From positions 11,594,001 to 11,658,000 of the forward strand of contig OX597834.1 of NCBI GenBank assembly GCA_951406725.2: DNA of 64,000 nt, in the 5' to 3' direction. Of this stretch, positions 1 through 12,845 are shown in pieces. The stretch's first letter is position 1. The number at the start of each line of letters is the position of its first letter. The notes under the pieces are model-generated. The model was not told where the DNA came from. It saw only the letters and a list, made by a program, of their open reading frames with translations, and made no database searches. The position numbers and the translations under genes are program-made. Origin of the DNA: Octopus vulgaris. Lineage: Eukaryota.

Positions 1-200
1 TGCCGTTGTAGCACCCTACAGATAGCCAACTTATGCAACAGCATACGTAAACTGCGAACTTATCCTACTTTTGGAAGCAGGCCGTTGTTAAGGAATGCCT
101 TAGTTATGCCACTAGGATTATCAATGAAAAATCCTCTCAGTATTTATGTTCACTTCTGTTCATGGTGCCGGTTCATGTCGGTTTATAGTTAGTCAACGAG
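1..200 (-). pseudogene. Decayed Helitron PIF1-like helicase fragment
   Basis: Minus-strand translation GFFIDNPSGITKAFLNNGLLPKV...AVA*VGYL*GATTA resembles Helitron helicase motifs I/Ia (FFLDGPGGTGKTFLxNxLLAKVR...AVASSGIAATLLxGGxTAH). It contains stops and a frameshift. Confidence 0.5.
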
Positions 201-655
201 TGAGTTACATCTTCATTCAGAAATTGAGGCAAAGATTGAGCAATTTCTTCTACTACCAACGTATTTTTATATGACTCTGGCATTTCATTATAAATGCCGG
301 GGAGAAAAAATTCCGTGTACACATCACCATTCTGTAGTTTGGCTTAGTTTTGATAGCCTTCTGACATACATTATTTTTGTATTGATGCCAGAGAAGATGT
401 GGGTTTGTCAATTCCATCTGCTCTGAACAAGGAATTGTCTTGTTATTTCTTAACGAATCGAAACATTATTCATTTAAAAACTGGCATGTTTTCAGAGTAG
501 AAGAAGAAACCATAGTCTGTAGAGGCGAATTGCGCACATTATCTGACCAGAAATAAATCTATTAATAAACTAAACGTACTTAGAATGGCGCACAAGAAGT
601 TATATTCAAAGCACTATTCCTCTGAATGCGGTTTCTTTTAGTTAAGTTATACGTC

Positions 656-1003
656 TCCTAAATATTTTGTAAAAGACATGAGTACATCCCTCCTAAATAT
701 TTTGTAAAAGACATGAGTACATCCCTCCTAAATATTTTGTAAAAGACATGAGTACATCCCTCCTAAATATTTTGTAAAAGACATGAGTACATCCCTCCTG
801 AATATTTTGTAAAAGACATGAGTACATCCCTCCTGAATATTTTGTAAAAGACATGAGTACATCCCTCCTAAATATTTTGTAAAAGACATGAGTACATCCC
901 TCCTAAATATTTAGTAAAAGACATGAGTACATCCCTCCTAAATATTTTGTAAAAGACATGAGTACATCCCTCCTAAATATTTTGTAAAAGACTGAGTACA
1001 TCC
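656..1003. repeat. 35-bp minisatellite, about 10 near-identical copies
   Basis: Unit TCCTAAATATTTTGTAAAAGACATGAGTACATCCC starting at 656, 691, 726 and so on to 971, with no spacers. Confidence 0.95.
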
Positions 1004-1069
1004 AGGCATAAGCTGGTCCTTGAAATCCCTCTAACTATATGACCTTTAGATATCAACAATGATTTTACA

Positions 1070-1482
1070 TACTCTTTACTCTTTTACTTGTTTCAGTCAT
1101 TTGACTGCGGCCATGCTGGAGCACCGCCTTTAATCGAGCAACTCGACCCCAGGACTTATACTTTTGTAAGCCCAGTACTAATTCTATCGGTCTCTTTTTG
1201 CCGAACCGCTAAGTTACGGGGACATAAATGCACCAGCATCGGTTGTCAAGCAATGCTAGGGGGACAAACACAGACACACAAACACACACACGCACATACA
1301 TATATATACATATATACGACGGGCTTCTTTCAGTTTCCGTCTACCAAATCCACTCACAAGGCTTTGGTCGGCCCGAGGCTATAGTAGAAGAAACTTTCCC
1401 AAAAGGTGCCACGCAGTGGGACTGAACCCGAAACCATGTGGTTGGTAAACAAGCTACTTACCACACAGCCACTCCTGCGTCT
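1070..1482 (-). mobile_element. tRNA-derived SINE family A, full length
   Basis: Head AGGCGCAGGAGTGGCTGTGTGGTAAG...GGTTCAGTCCC (A/B-box-like), internal TA/TG microsatellite and (GTAAAAGA)n tail. Many copies in the window. Confidence 0.85.
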
Positions 1483-1720
1483 ATACATATCAACAATGAA
1501 TTCTCATTTATCGGTATAGTACATTACGTTGCTCTTCAAAGAAATTAGTATAACACTTAACGTAGAATGAATGAATGAATTGGAAATCTGCGTTCTCATA
1601 TCAAGCAAAAACGCTGTAATAATATGTGGTTGTTTTCAAGTTTCTCCGGCCAGTCAAGATGAGCAATGAGAAATGTTTTGAGGAGAAATACACCTTAGAA
1701 TGTTTAGTGCTTATATCAAA

Positions 1721-2115
1721 CTAGCAGTATCGCCCGGCGTTGCTCGGGTTTGTAAGGGAAATAACTATAAAGCATTTTTAGAGAGTTATAGCCAAAAAAT
1801 AGCAAAAAATGCATAAAAAATGGAAAAAAAAAAATTATGGTAAATTTTTTTTTAAATCGTTGACTCATCGTAGACATTTTTAGAGAGTTACTTCCCTTAT
1901 ATTTAAAAAATATGCATTAAAATGGAAAAAATGATGGTAAATTATTTTTAAATCGTAGACTCATCGTAGACGCGCGCTAATACCTAGAAGGGCTTGATAT
2001 GAATCACGCCTATAAGATACCCGCACAATTAAACTGCACCGCAAAATGTGGGAGTAGTTAGGAATCTAAATCGTAGGAGACAGACAGCACACAACCTTTC
2101 TTTTATATATAAAGA
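1721..2115 (-). mobile_element. Non-autonomous Helitron
   Basis: 5' TC and 3' CTAG termini, subterminal hairpin CCCGAGCAACGCCGGG, inserted at A|T with no TSD. Homologous to 55852-56258. Confidence 0.8.
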
Positions 2116-2459
2116 TATGTATCCTCAGCGATCCTTATAAATAGAGGGTGTTAGATAAATTGAAGACCACAGAGATATTTTGAGATTAGACATATGCTGC
2201 ATTCTTTCCGAAATTTAATCCATTGTGATTTACATGAAAAGATAATGGTGAAGGAATTTGCAAGAAAAGATTTCTGTGGATGATTGATTCCGTTTTCTTA
2301 ACATCCACGATCATAACCCCCCCTGATCCGCTCCCTCTATGTGTCTCCCATTCAATATTTCTCTCTCCATTCCGTCATTGAAGAAAGAGATGAGGGAGTC
2401 AAATGAACAGGGAGAGAGAGAGAGGCAGAGGAAAAGGACAGAGGAGGAGGATTTATTTC

Positions 2460-2860
2460 TTTATTCGGCCATGCTGGAGGACCGCCTTTAGTCGAGCAAA
2501 TTGACCCCAGGACTTATTCTTTGTAAGCCTAGTACTTATTCTATCGGCCTCTTCGGTCTCTTATCGGACACACATTTTATCGGTCACTTATCAGAAACAC
2601 CAACATATATATATATATATGACGGGCTTCTTTCAGTTTCCGTCTATCAAATCCACTCACAAGGCTTTGGTCGACCCGGGGTTATAGAAGACACTAGTCC
2701 AAGGTGCCACGCAGTGGGACTGAACCTAGAACTATGTTGCTGTATTGTTGGTAAGCAAGCTACTTACCACACAGCCACTCATATATACATACATATATAT
2801 ATATATATACACATACACAATAGACTTCTTTCGGTTTCCATCTACCAAATCCACGCATGT
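2460..2860 (-). mobile_element. SINE family A, rearranged and degenerate
   Basis: Shares blocks with 1070-1482. Confidence 0.7.
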
Positions 2861-3409
2861 AAATCTGAAAATGATATCTTTCGACACCTTTAAGACAGCA
2901 TGTTAGCACAATCCTCTAATTAAAGTATTTTATAGAGAAACGAAACTAAATAAAATGAAACGAAAATATTTTAAAAAAAATAATTCAGAGCGTATTGGTT
3001 TGTAAGTTTATTTCTATTTCCGACATAAGGGAATAGGATTTTCATACAAAAGAATCTAAATGGAAAATTAACAAAACAAAGAAGTACTCCATTTCTAAGA
3101 ACTATTTGACAGATATATATTCGATAGTTTTACAAAGGAAGGTATGATCCAAAAGTAAATAAAAATTATACAACATGACGTTTGAAAAATATGGAGAGAA
3201 GTGACACACACACGCACACAACACGCGCGCAGAGATAAAAGAAATTTGACGTACGCACTTATAGGTTACCATATATTTGTGTGAATGTATGTGCGAGGGG
3301 GAGAGAGAGAGAGAGAGAGATGCGTGGGTATTTACAGATTATGCACTTTGTACGTGTATTTATACATATAATCATATCCATATGAACACATATACATGTG
3401 TGCATATGA

Positions 3410-3465
<56 letters not shown>

Positions 3466-3529
3466 GTGTGTGTGTATACGTGCATTAATGTCTGTAAGGA
3501 CGTGGTCGTACACGTGTATAAACGTATGC

Positions 3530-3560
<31 letters not shown>

Positions 3561-3562
<2 letters not shown>

Positions 3563-3785
3563 CGGCGAGCTGGCAGAAACGTTAGCACGCCGGGCGAAAT
3601 GCGTAGCTGTATTTCGTCTGTCGTCACGTTCCGAGTTCAAATTCCGCCGAGGTCGACTTTGCTTTCATCCTTTCGGGGTCGATAAATTAAGTACCAGTTA
3701 CACACTGGGGTCGATATAATCGACTTAATCCTTTCGTCTGTCCTTGTTTGTCCCGTCTGTGTTTAGCCCCTTGTGGGTAGTAAAG

Positions 3786-3790
<5 letters not shown>
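3561..3790 (+). mobile_element. SINE family C (MetaSINE-like central domain)
   Basis: Head GGCGGCGAGCTGGCAGAA...GAGTTCAAATTCC followed by GACTTTGCTTTCATCCTTTCGGGGTCGATAAATTAAGTACC, which resembles the Meta domain. Confidence 0.75.
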
Positions 3791-3825
<35 letters not shown>

Positions 3826-3829
<4 letters not shown>

Positions 3830-4035
3830 AATCGAAACAAGAAAGCACAAAAAAATCACAACAACGCGAGGACGTGGAACAAATATAGTATTATTGGACG
3901 CTCAGGAAGGAAGGAAAGAATGAGGGTTTTAACGTTTCGAGCGGAGCTCTTCGTCGGAAACATAGGAGAAGGAAAGATCCAAAGAAGGTAAAGACAGAGG
4001 TAAAAAAATCGCCAACGGTACCCATGAGGTCACAT
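3826..4035 (-). mobile_element. Short Penelope-terminus-like repeat carrying a hammerhead motif
   Basis: Homologous to 22712-22912. Both copies start right after (TA)n. Confidence 0.55.
3926..3961 (-). ncRNA. Degenerate minimal hammerhead motif (same repeat family as 22812)
   Basis: GUUU-CcGACGA-A-GAGC(UCC)GCUC-GAAACGUUA-AAAC, with a U4>C change in the core. Confidence 0.5.
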
Positions 4036-4866
4036 TTTGTGTGGATGTGTATATATCTAGATGTGTATCTGGGTACATGTATCTATATGTGTATATATAT
4101 TAATATATATGTATATATTATATTTATGTCAGGTCACTTTCGAGTGCTACTGGTAACATGTAACACAGTACAACCTGTTGCATGGTCGGGTCGTCGGCGA
4201 CTAAACCGGCAACCCCACCAAGCTTGCTTGTTGAGGTGGGTATTTAGTTGACACCCTGCGGGATGAAAACCAAAACCCGTCGAAGGGCGGAGGAACTCTT
4301 GAGAGTCAACGGCCATCCAATAAATGTCTTAAGGCTGTATCATGCGCGGGGACATAGAAATAATCGGACTGAATACCCGATCGCGCGGTTAAACCATTGG
4401 GAGTGAAGCACTCCTAGCCTTTGTTACGGCATCATTATAGGAGAAGGTAACTCAGGTAACTCAGGTAACTCCGACATAAAAACTGCGGCTCAGTGGTTAC
4501 CGATGATGTTGACTTGTTCTTCTTTTCGGATTATGGCTGCTGTTGCTTAGTGAGTGGGATTGACTCAGTGCACAGCTTTTCCTCACTTAAAAAAAAAAAA
4601 AATCTTCTTGCACAGGCATTGCACGATAACAACATTGATTAAGCTTCGTGAAATGGACAAAATCAATAACGAGGGGGCAGCCACCATATATATATGTGTA
4701 TGTTTGAGTGTGTTAGTGTGTGCATATGCACATACATATGTATCTGTCACATTTTCCGTGGTTTCTTATATTTGTTAAAATGTCTATTTAACGAGCACTT
4801 GTTTATATCCTCCCTGACAGGATTGATGCATTGCTGATAGCCTGGTCGGTCACGGTGATCACGGTG

Positions 4867-4898
<32 letters not shown>

Positions 4899-5439
4899 CC
4901 GTCCGCTACGACGGTATTGATCACCATTCCGTTATTGCATACTAATATATCGACGACAATCAGATACTCAATGCATCACCAGAATAGACTTTACCAGAAT
5001 ATACCATCACACACTCGGTCTCTCATACGCACATGACCATACATGCAAGCATACATACGCACACACACACGTGTGTGTGTGTATGTCCCGAATGACAGGG
5101 AACGTCTTAGAAGGGAAATATGAAGAATGTACTCACCAAAGTTGTTAAAATATAATGATGGTATGGATCTACCATTCCTTCTTGTAATGCCTGTAAAACA
5201 TCAGATATGAAAATATAATACTATATCACAATGTAACTGTATAACAATAAATACACACACATATATATATACATACATACATACATACATACATACTTTC
5301 TTCAATGCACACACACACATATATATATACATATATATATATATATAAGGTAAAACGAAACAGCGAAAAAATGGGCCAAGCTAAAGTGGCTTGAAATTGA
5401 AGATCATCCACCCCTTAAAATGAATATTTGTATGTCTAT

Positions 5440-5932
5440 AATATTCTTTTCTACTCTAGGCAGAAGGTCCGAAATTTTGGTGGGGGGTGCCAGTCGATTG
5501 GATCGATCCAGTATGCAACTGATACTTAATTTATCTAACCAGAAAGGCGAATTCGACCTCGGTGGAATTTGAACTCAGAACCTAGCGGCAGACGAAATAC
5601 CTATTTATTTACTACCCACAAGGGGCTAAACACAGAGAGGACAAACAAGGACAGACAAGATCCGCCGAGGTCGACGTTGCCTTTCATCCTTTCCGGGTCT
5701 ATTAAATAAGTACCAGTTACCCACTGGGGACGATGGAATCGACTTAATCCGTTTGTCTGGTCTTGTTTGTCCTCTCTGTGTTTAGCCCCTTGTAGGTAGT
5801 AAGGAAATAGGTAGTTCATCTTTACCTTCTGAATTCAAATTCCGCTAAGATCGACTTTGCCGTTCATCCTTTCGGGATTGATAAATTAAGTACCAGTTGC
5901 ATACTGGAGTTGATCTAATCGACTGGCCTCCT
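5440..5932. mobile_element. Cluster of SINE family C fragments in both orientations
   Basis: Minus fragment at about 5500-5660 abutting plus fragments at 5661-5930. Confidence 0.7.
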
Positions 5933-8354
5933 AATCGATCTACTGGACTGACTATAACTTTAAATTAGTCTTCCGTCCTTTCACACCAAATACATCGCAT
6001 TTTCAGTGTTGTAAAACATTCTCTTTGTTATACGTGTTCAGGATTTTGAAATCGACCAATGTATGTGGAACTACGAAAATATGTTTTTTGCTCCACTAAT
6101 CTATTTCTATTATTTTTTTCACCTGTATTGACCCTAACGCTTCTACAATATTCGCACGCGGATATTGTAGAAGTCTATTTTTCTACGGCTAAGTATAATA
6201 GTGAAATCTGAAATCCACGGCTTTATCGCTGGCCATGTAAAATTAGTGGTAGGAAGAACTGAAAACTCCTCGGCTGGTGCAGCGCAAGACGAAGCATCAA
6301 ATATAAAGTTATTCGGTGCCAATGATGGCAATAGTGTAGATTCAGTGAATGATATTCAATAACTCGGTAACGTTGTTATTCCAAGCAAAAAATTATGTTT
6401 ACAACTCAGTATACGCCCCTCACGTAATTGAGGCTCCTAATATATTAGTGTATAGAACAAAATATATATTTTAGGGATGAACAAAGACAGAGATCAGAAA
6501 GGTTTCCATATATGACGCTCAAGCTTTCTGTTTGCGTGAGGATAGGAGGAGAGTTTGGTGTTCTTTCTCAAAATATAGCTTGATATATTAGTGAAATGCA
6601 ATGTGACTGAAGTGCTTTTATTGCAAGTCATTAAATGTCCCTCTATATAGTGGTGCAATAAGCTAGAAATAGGAACCAAATTTTGTTCAAGTCATAGAGC
6701 TCTGACTTTAAAACTGGAAGGAATGCTTGAGTGATGATATCCTAGATAAAATGCGTCAAATACAAAGAGTCGATTCGAATGATTTTGATCGTCGATCAGT
6801 TTGATCATAGCAACAAATTTCCCTAAATTCATGCATTTCTGTCTTTAAAACTTAAGAAAAACCTGAATAAATTTAAAAGATTCTAGGAATATTTTGTCCG
6901 TAAAATTAAGAAGGGATTATCGTCAATGGAACGATTTCGATCTTTTGTCGGAAGGATTATTGCACTGATCTGGATCTAAGCAACAACAGAAACTCCATAA
7001 TAAGTCACTTTGAGATTTAATAATATAATTAATTGTTTTGAGTATCTATGGTTGTTCGATTCAACCGACAAGGCCTTTGTCAATGGTAGTTAAATTTATA
7101 CTAAACCAATGATCTCTTCTGGATCAGCAAGATAAACATCTGCTATATACTAGGATTGATTTACCAGAATGTGTCACTGCATATAATCTCTAACCTTTGT
7201 GCCAAAGTTATAAATCAGCATTTTCCTCAAGATGCGGCATAGACTGCCAGAATTATTACAGCGACAGACAAAATAGCTTGCAGTATTTAGTAACGATATT
7301 TCCTTTCTAGTTTCAATTCCTGCTCCAGTCAACCATTTCTTTCATCTTTACCCGACTGATAATCGTAAATATCGACATTCATTAGTCGTGACAGTTAAAT
7401 CTTGTACAACGCTCTTCCACCGACCAATATCATATGACTGTGTGCTAATATCAGAAATCAATGTTCTGCTGTTGAGGACATATATCGATAGTGAAACATG
7501 GTATAAGTGATACAAATATTTATAGCCTCTATTTGCTGTAGTCGACATTCACAGATCAAGCCTAAATGGACCAGACTGCCCAATATATTCATTTGTGATC
7601 CTCAAAGATCCCCTGCTTTTTACTAGGGCTACAGTCATTCTACTGTGTTTCTTTATTGGCTCATGGAAATTTTTTCTTCACGTACGCATTACAATGAATT
7701 TCACTTATCGCTGTTATGGTTACCATTTGAGAGAGAGAGAGAAATGCAGAACATCGTACTGTAACTAGCGCTTCACTTAATGATTTTCTCACCGGAAAGC
7801 AATGGATACATACCAAGGTCAGATAATACCCATGGTGATATTATGAATCCCTTGTCTACACAACATGGGCGATGCTCCTAAATAAAAGAGCACACTTCAT
7901 GTTGGAAAAGGTAACGACTCCGAAGCAGCATGTGCAACGAATGTGGAAATGATGGAATCCCCTGTGAAGCTTGCGTTAACACACAGCAATAGAAGCTGTA
8001 TGTTAAATTTGTAGTATTTAGTTACGGCTCTTCACATTCCGATTTCATATCCCACTGAAATTAACTTCTGATTTTCATTCTTCCATGAGCATTAAGATAA
8101 AATATCATTCAAACAATAGTCACGGATTAGTGGCCTCCACTGTCACACATTAAAAGTATTTGTGGCCTTCCACCTAACTTTGAAATGAACATCGGCTAAT
8201 CTATGTTTATGTCGCACAAATCAAGAACTCCTAGTTGCTTAACTCCCACCTTTCAACGCCCATGTTACTCATTTTCCACCCTTTTTCCGGAACAATGAAC
8301 CTCTTGAAATCTTTTTTTATTTTTTATTTTTATTTTTATTTTTATTTTTTTTAT

Positions 8355-8537
8355 TTTACTTGTTTCAGTCATTTGACTGCGGCCATGCTGGAGCACCGCC
8401 TTTAGTCGAGCAAATCAACCCCGGGACTTATTCTTTGTAAGCCCAGTATTTATTCTATCGGTCTCTTTTGCCGAACCGCTAAGTGACGGGGACGTAAACA
8501 CACCAGCATCGGTTGTCAAGCAATGCTAGGGGGACAA
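8355..8537 (-). mobile_element. SINE family A, 3' half
   Basis: Same blocks as other family A copies, with an A-rich tail on the minus strand. Confidence 0.8.
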
Positions 8538-10719
8538 GTCTATGTTTTCCTTTTTTTCTTTTGGTAGCTTTGTTTAGCGACAGGACCATTTGAGTCTCTA
8601 AGGGTTTAGCAAAAACCATGTGCAAGCTCCCTTTCTCCAGATCAAAAAAAATTATAAAAATGTTTTCCTTTAAAATACTTAAACCTAAAGAGAACCCCAC
8701 TACTCAATGGTAAAAGTTGTTTAAATAAGAGACAATACTAGAAAAAATACAACTGAGTTGCCCTCTCGTCCGCAATTCGGATCGTGAAATGTCCAGTTTT
8801 GCAAAACGTTATTTCCTTTCATTTCACAAATCTCGCTGTAATTAGAAAAATAAGAATCTCAACTTCTTACGAGATAGTTCAATGAACAAACCTTATAAAG
8901 ATGTTAACGACCCCGCTTCAGGCAAACTTAATTTAGAAGATATCATATCCAACTGGATCAACGGCAGTAATTAAATTACTTTATTGATCTTGTAATATGG
9001 AAGACAAATTTGGGTTTAGCAGATTTGGGACAAGAAAGCAGAGGCGCATAACTAATTATAGTAATGCACTTAGTATAGCATCCAACCGTTTCAAGTACTA
9101 CCTCACCCATAGAATTGCAAATTTATATTAATATATTGTGATACATTGATTGTATGTAGCAGATGGTCGCCTGTGATACGATTTAGGGTTGATAATGTGT
9201 GATATGATAATTAGGCCATCAAACACTGGATTATATGCACATGTAAGGATGCCAATTATATAAAAAGGAATCGAATTTAACTTGTTGGCCACAAATCTCT
9301 ATATGATCCTTTAATTCTCGACAACGTTCACTTTCTTGTAACATATTTGTCTACATCGTGTCGATATAAGATGTTATACTTCATAGATAGGAAGGAATGA
9401 GATTGGGTTTCTTTCCTCTCCCCAGCGTGTGAGTAGACTTAATCACCACAATTTCAACACCATTATTTGGTTCTTAGATGCTATTTGTTGAAGGAGTAAG
9501 AACTCTCTACGCATACACTGTGAGCTGTAGTCCTTCCTCTATTTCTTTATATATTCCGAGATGTTCTTCAAAAAAGGAACTCACAGGTTGTAGCCTTCCT
9601 CACACAAAACCTTAAACAAGGTTCAGTGAAACTGCTTCAACAGTGCTGTCATAGGCTACCGTAGCCCGAGAAACCGAAACATGTTCTTTATCATTTGTAT
9701 AGAATCAACATGGATTTGCCTCAGGATTGATCGTTCGGTTACTCTTAAGTATTGAATTATTCTGTATTTGATTAGAAGATATAAGGAGAAGTTATAATTC
9801 CTAATGCTTGTGTCCCTTCCTCTACTTATGAAATCAAAGTAGTAAATGCTTTTTAAACATGAAGACGAAGAGAACTGGAGTCTGTGAGAAAGGAAATCAA
9901 TGTCTGTTATAATATTGTCTCTTACGTACATAACTTTTATCCTCGTCTCTTTCAAAACTATTTACATTCCAAAACATTAAAAACATATTTAGTTGTTTTG
10001 GTCGGGAGGAAAAAAAATGTGTGTCCATGAGGTTTGCTAAGCACTCAAGCCGATAAAACTAATATGATTAATAAACAAGAAAAAACAAACAGGGAAACAA
10101 AATAATGAAAGTAGATATTCTGGGATGGAATACTTGGAATTTACAAAATAGTGGAGAATGATACGGGTATGGCGCAAAGGGATTAAAGAGTGTTTGATTT
10201 CAGAAACGAAACTAAACTAAACATCCAGTGCTTTGTTAGATAATACCAATATAACTTAAAGTTGACAAAAGAATGAGGGCAAGTTTTGTCTAGGACTGTG
10301 CATCATTGATAGAACAAATCTCATTATATTAATGTGATTTATCGACCCTAGACAAACGAAAGCAAATCTTAAACTCGTCTGAATTTAAATCTGGAACCAA
10401 GATCGTTTCGGAGAAGCTATTAAATCATCTCAAGAAGCTCTGTATGTTGTGTTATTGGCGTAAATCCACTATATATCATAACGCCCACAAATGCTATATA
10501 GAGAAAATGAAGAAAATAATAAAAGGAAAAAAAAAAATATCGATTATGACGTAACTATTATAAATCACTCATACGTCATAAGTTAAGAACTTTTGATGCC
10601 AAAGTGATACTGATGCTTTCAGGGAGAAATCTCTTTGAATATATTTTTGTCATTTCGCAAAACAAAGACGAATTACGATGAAATATTTCTCTTCCATACA
10701 CGCGGATACACATTCACAC

Positions 10720-11500
10720 ATATGCATAGGCAGGCACGCACACAGACACATATACAAACATATATACAAACACATACTAGGAGGAAGAAACATAGATCAT
10801 ATATACATGTACATAGACCATATATACATAAACATAGACCATATATATATGTACACAAATATATATATTGAAATATATAATTTCGCTTCTGCATATACAC
10901 GCATATGCGTGTAGGCATGCATCTATATCTATATGCTTTCACACACACATTTATATATGTGTGTATATGTATACATATAATCATATACACAAACATACAC
11001 ACACATATGTAAAGGCATACGCATCATATACACAAACACACGTATACATACACTTACGTAAACGCATACGCATTATATACGCACACACGTATACACACAC
11101 TTATGTAAACGCATACATATCATATACACAAATATGCACACACACACACATGTAAAGGCATACACATCATATACATAAACACACACGTATACATACACTT
11201 ATGTAAACGCATAAATATCATATACACGAACACACACACTTGCATAAACGCACACGCATCATATACACAAATACACACGTATACACACACTTACGTAAAC
11301 GCATACGCATCATATACACACACACTTGCATACACTCATACTTATCATATACAAAAACATATGCACACACATATGTAAAGGCATACACATCATATACACA
11401 CACACACGTATACACACACATGTAAACGCATACTCATCATACACACAGACACACACACGTAAACACATACACACACACACACATGTAAACGCATACTCAT

Positions 11501-11533
<33 letters not shown>

Positions 11534-11615
11534 ACGCATACTCATCACACACACACACATGTAAACGCATACTCATCACACACACACATGTAAACGCATA
11601 CTCATCACACACACT

Positions 11616-11657
<42 letters not shown>

Positions 11658-11690
11658 CACACACGAACACACACACACACACACACACAT
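10720..11690. repeat. CA/TA-rich compound micro/minisatellite
   Basis: Repeated ACACATGTAAACGCATACTCATC units within (CA)n/(TA)n. Confidence 0.85.
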
Positions 11691-11822
11691 TCATATTCAA
11701 TTATGGTCGCATTGCAGAAGCATAACTAGTAGGCCTTATAGGTTCTGGCCATAATAACCACTTTAACCTCACCATTGCATGATATAATCGTTTAAGAAAT
11801 AGTAAAGAATACGCATATTTAC

Positions 11823-11998
11823 CATTCTGAGAAACATTGCTGACTTTTCCACTGATAGATCTATTATGAAATTCTTCCATTTACTGTCCTTTGCTTCTCG
11901 CAAAACTTGTCTCATGTTTCTATCATCAACTTGACGGATTGAGATGTGGGCGTCGTGACCAAGCGGAGCCTTAATGACACGCTGTAACCGGAGCAGGC
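11823..11998 (-). CDS. GRIK2: Ionotropic glutamate receptor, kainate-type (GRIK2-like), next ATD exon (176 nt, phase 1 to phase 0)
   Basis: Acceptor tacttgcAG before 11998 and donor GTaaat after 11823. It joins in frame with the 50497-50751 exon (G|GC = Gly). Translation GLLRLQRVIKAPLGHDAHISIRQVDDRNMRQVLREAKDSKWKNFIIDLSVEKSAMFLRM resembles vertebrate GRIK2 GLIRLQELIKAP...KIRQL...LLKEMK...FHVIFD. Confidence 0.93.
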
Positions 11999-12322
11999 CT
12001 GCAAGTATTTGAGAAAAATCAAACGTAATAGAATTTTGCAAAATGTCAGCCAAATCCAACCACTTCAGCGGTCAGTGACTTAGTTTGTTTTCAGTAAGAT
12101 ACCATTATCATATATAAATAATATATAAATATATATATAAATATATATATAAATAATATATAAATAATAAACCTGAGACATGAATTACAAATATCCGGGG
12201 CTGAAACAGAATTTATTGGCAATCTCCGAAATGTGGGAAAACGAAAACATTTATACACCATACCTAAAAATAAAGACGCTTATTACAGATATAATATTAA
12301 TGTCCATAGAACTACACAGTAA

Positions 12323-12845
12323 CCGTAAATCTTCGAGTATAGCCCGCCTTTGAGTATAATACGCAGGGGATTTTTAGAGGGCTATACCACTGAAAAACCT
12401 AAACCTTGTGTATAATACGCACCAATTCTCTAACTTGAGTCGTGCGTAATTAAGTCAGCAGCAACTAGTCGAACAAACACTTCCGCGCATGCGTAATACA
12501 ATAATGGTGATGTTCTTAACTGTTATATGGGAATGTAAAATGTTTGCAAATTGTTTTTGTTATATGTTATTCTGTGTTCTGAATACTTTTATTTTAATAA
12601 ATGTTGCTTACTGTAAGTTATGGATGATTCTTTTATGACTTCATTGCTTTCAGACTTAGCTTAAGGTATTTTCACGCCCGACATCACAAAATGCGTCTGA
12701 ATAAACATTGCCAGACAGCAAATAGAGACTCGGACATTGCTTAGAAAATATTTTTTTCATTTTTAACCTCGTATATAGTACACACAAGGGATTTTGACCT
12801 TTAAATTTTGGGCAAAAAATGCGGATTATACTCGAGGATTTACGG
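12323..12845. mobile_element. MITE with about 25-bp TIRs (Tc1/mariner, Tc2-like)
   Basis: Left TIR CCGTAAATCTTCGAGTATAGCCCGC and right TIR GCGGATTATACTCGAGGATTTACGG followed by TA. No ORF. Confidence 0.75.

Noticed and set aside
656-1003. Possible CRISPR array (35-bp repeats)
   Set aside because: Units are directly tandem with no unique spacers, there are no cas genes, and the context is eukaryotic.
1088-1425. Recurring short ORFs such as MFQSFDCGHAGAPP and YDGLLSVSVYQIHSQG
   Set aside because: Incidental frames within multi-copy SINEs.
7808-7880. Candidate next GRIK exon (YHHGYYLTL|gtatg on the minus strand)
   Set aside because: In-frame stop between the nearest acceptor and the motif; the alternative acceptor gives the wrong frame.
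9540-9960. Possible old LINE RT remnant (NQHGF motif); similar weak signal at 21140-21740
   Set aside because: Too degenerate to support by eye.
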